Positions 24,562 to 25,878 of a stretch of 25,878 nucleotides of DNA are shown here, piece by piece. Origin of the DNA: Candidatus Thorarchaeota archaeon (lineage in GTDB: Archaea; Asgardarchaeota; Thorarchaeia; Thorarchaeales; Thorarchaeaceae); assembly GCA_048884785.1 (NCBI GenBank), contig JBHLQM010000034.1:8870-34747 (forward strand), in the 5' to 3' direction. Position numbers and translations under genes: made by a program. How positions within the stretch are numbered: position 1 is the stretch's first letter; each line of letters starts with the position of its first letter. The notes beneath the pieces are model-generated. The model was not told the origin of the DNA, searched no databases, and saw nothing but the letters and a program-made list of their open reading frames with translations.

Positions 24562-25878
24562 CTATTCCTCCTGCAGAGGCCTAGAGCCTGAATTCAGACT
24601 GGAGAGCCATTGCTGAATTTCAGTTTCAGGGCATTTCCATTTCTGATACCTACTGTCCCAGAGATGCAGGGGGAATCCCCAGCTTCCATATGCCTTGGGA
24701 CTCAGAATGCCTATTCTCGAACTAGGTGATACCTCATCGATTGAAGCAGCCAATCCATAGCTGCCTCCTCTGGGTAGCGCTGCAAGAAGCATGAGTTCCT
24801 CCTTGGCAGAGAAAGATACTATACACCGCGGAAGTCTTCGACTCCAGCCAGCTATTGCTAGTGAATCGCTCGGGGTCTGTTCATACAGGAAAACGTGTTC
24901 GTTGAGCCCAATGTTATGCGCTTCCCACACAGTCTGAATCAGCTCTGCATTTCTCAACTCCCTTATCGTGTCTGCAACCCGCTGTTGTCCAACTCGCAGC
25001 TCCGAACGAATCTCAGATACAGTTGCTATGCCTCGTCTGAAGCAATCCAGAACATTCATTTCCAGACTCTGGAGATTCATGCTGGTCTTTCTTTGAGGCG
25101 TATCCACTCTTGGAATGGTTGCACCGAGGCCATCTGACTTTATCCTGCCAAGTTGAACTGTCAGCAATTCCCAAGGGATATCCCAGATTCCCTCATCAGT
25201 TCGATAGTAGTCAAAACAGTGGGAGACCCCCGAACTGTGGATTTGATGTATATGGATGTTGAATCCTTTCTTTGAGATTTTTTCCATTCCTTGGTTAAGA
25301 TAGCTCACGGTTGACGAATTGTAGGGAACACATAGAGTGGCCAGCGCCTCCCAATCACCTGATACTACCTTGCGATACGAGTAGAGGAATGGACAATCTT
25401 TCATAAAATCGAATGCATTGTCACTCCCAAACATCCTCTCAAATCCAACATGGAACATCTGAATCTCGATGCGCGAAAACGGGACTCTGCTGAATTTCCG
25501 CAGAATCATCTTCTTTTGCAATTCTGATACCTTCTTGGAAACCCACTCACTGGACAACTCCACTCTCTTTGCTAGCTCCGAAATATCGTCGAAGGAGTTG
25601 CCAACGAGATTACTTACAATCTTGAGTTCTGTGGTATCAAGTGTATTGACAATTCTGTTCACCCTCGAAGTGAAGTAGAGCAGATAGTCCTCAAATGAGA
25701 GGGGCATCTGGTTCTTCGCTCTCTGGGCAATCTCTCTCACAATTGCTTCCAGCCCTTTATCTCCAGCGAGAGAATAGAGCCAGCGATATGCGCTCCTGGG
25801 TTCGTATGTAACCACTGTTGAGATCTTCTCAGGAGGTCTATGGTTCTCCCATAGTTCTTCCCATTTCTGCCTAAGCGA
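24562..25878 (-). CDS. Lrp/AsnC-like regulator with two tandem wHTH modules (5' truncated by window edge)
   Basis: Two HTHs: 'ISELAKRVELSSEWVSKKVSELQKKMIL' and 'VSEIRSELRVGQQRVADTIRELRNAELI'. The frame stays open from 25815 to the window end (SLRQKWEELWENHRPPEKIST). Confidence 0.75.
   Translation of the reverse strand, partial: SLRQKWEELWENHRPPEKISTVVTYEPRSAYRWLYSLAGDKGLEAIVREIAQRAKNQMPLSFEDYLLYFTSRVNRIVNTLDTTELKIVSNLVGNSFDDISELAKRVELSSEWVSKKVSELQKKMILRKFSRVPFSRIEIQMFHVGFERMFGSDNAFDFMKDCPFLYSYRKVVSGDWEALATLCVPYNSSTVSYLNQGMEKISKKGFNIHIHQIHSSGVSHCFDYYRTDEGIWDIPWELLTVQLGRIKSDGLGATIPRVDTPQRKTSMNLQSLEMNVLDCFRRGIATVSEIRSELRVGQQRVADTIRELRNAELIQTVWEAHNIGLNEHVFLYEQTPSDSLAIAGWSRRLPRCIVSFSAKEELMLLAALPRGGSYGLAASIDEVSPSSRIGILSPKAYGSWGFPLHLWDSRYQKWKCPETEIQQWLSSLNSGSRPLQEE

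Noticed and set aside
224-25678. Many short overlapping or antisense ORFs in the track (e.g. 224..523, 3467..3847, 14320..14790, 21106..21588, 23045..23503)
   Set aside because: They lie opposite or out of frame within genes that have clear family motifs. They have Ser/Pro-rich shadow composition and no recognisable motifs.
1-25878. Selenocysteine or pyrrolysine recoding (plausible in Asgard archaea)
   Set aside because: The TGA/TAG stops fall at natural domain ends rather than at conserved Cys positions. I saw no split gene pair and no convincing SECIS core, though a formal SECIS search was not possible.
1-25878. CRISPR array, tRNA/rRNA, transposase or integrase
   Set aside because: I saw no regularly spaced 25-40 bp repeats, cloverleaf/T-loop signatures or DDE/tyrosine recombinase motifs. 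Intergenic gaps are all short (about 250 bp or less).

Overview
This is a gene-dense archaeal chromosomal window with about 28 CDS, two of them cut by the window edges. I found no rRNA, tRNA, CRISPR array or mobile element. TATA-like promoters, GGAG/GGTG ribosome-binding sites and the protein families present (an 'MDPLGTITKYYPF'-type TPR protein and a duplicated wHTH regulator) suggest an Asgard archaeon, probably Thorarchaeia; this is inference only. Most genes are accessory metabolism, membrane or regulatory genes: a DUF362 protein, class I and class III aminotransferases, a flavodoxin-like protein, two GNATs, an MFS transporter, MscS and an alpha/beta hydrolase. Six items stand out. (1) A co-oriented cluster encodes an orphan multi-TM protein, a highly divergent MinD/ParA-class ATPase, an Fe-S-less MutY and a divergent nuclease-less Hef-like SF2 helicase. 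(2) A ribbon-helix-helix regulator and the adjacent small membrane gene both carry arrays of the same 7-bp TGTATCA/CGTATCA repeat upstream, a candidate heptad-operator mini-regulon. (3) A kinase-fold DUF6206-like gene is closely linked to a class III aminotransferase. (4) A membrane-anchored GATase-like protein has Asp at the nucleophile position and an inserted CxCxxxC. (5) An 88-aa protein has an internal duplication. (6) Several intergenic RNA hairpins are strand-asymmetric. All family assignments come from reading motifs by eye, with no database search.
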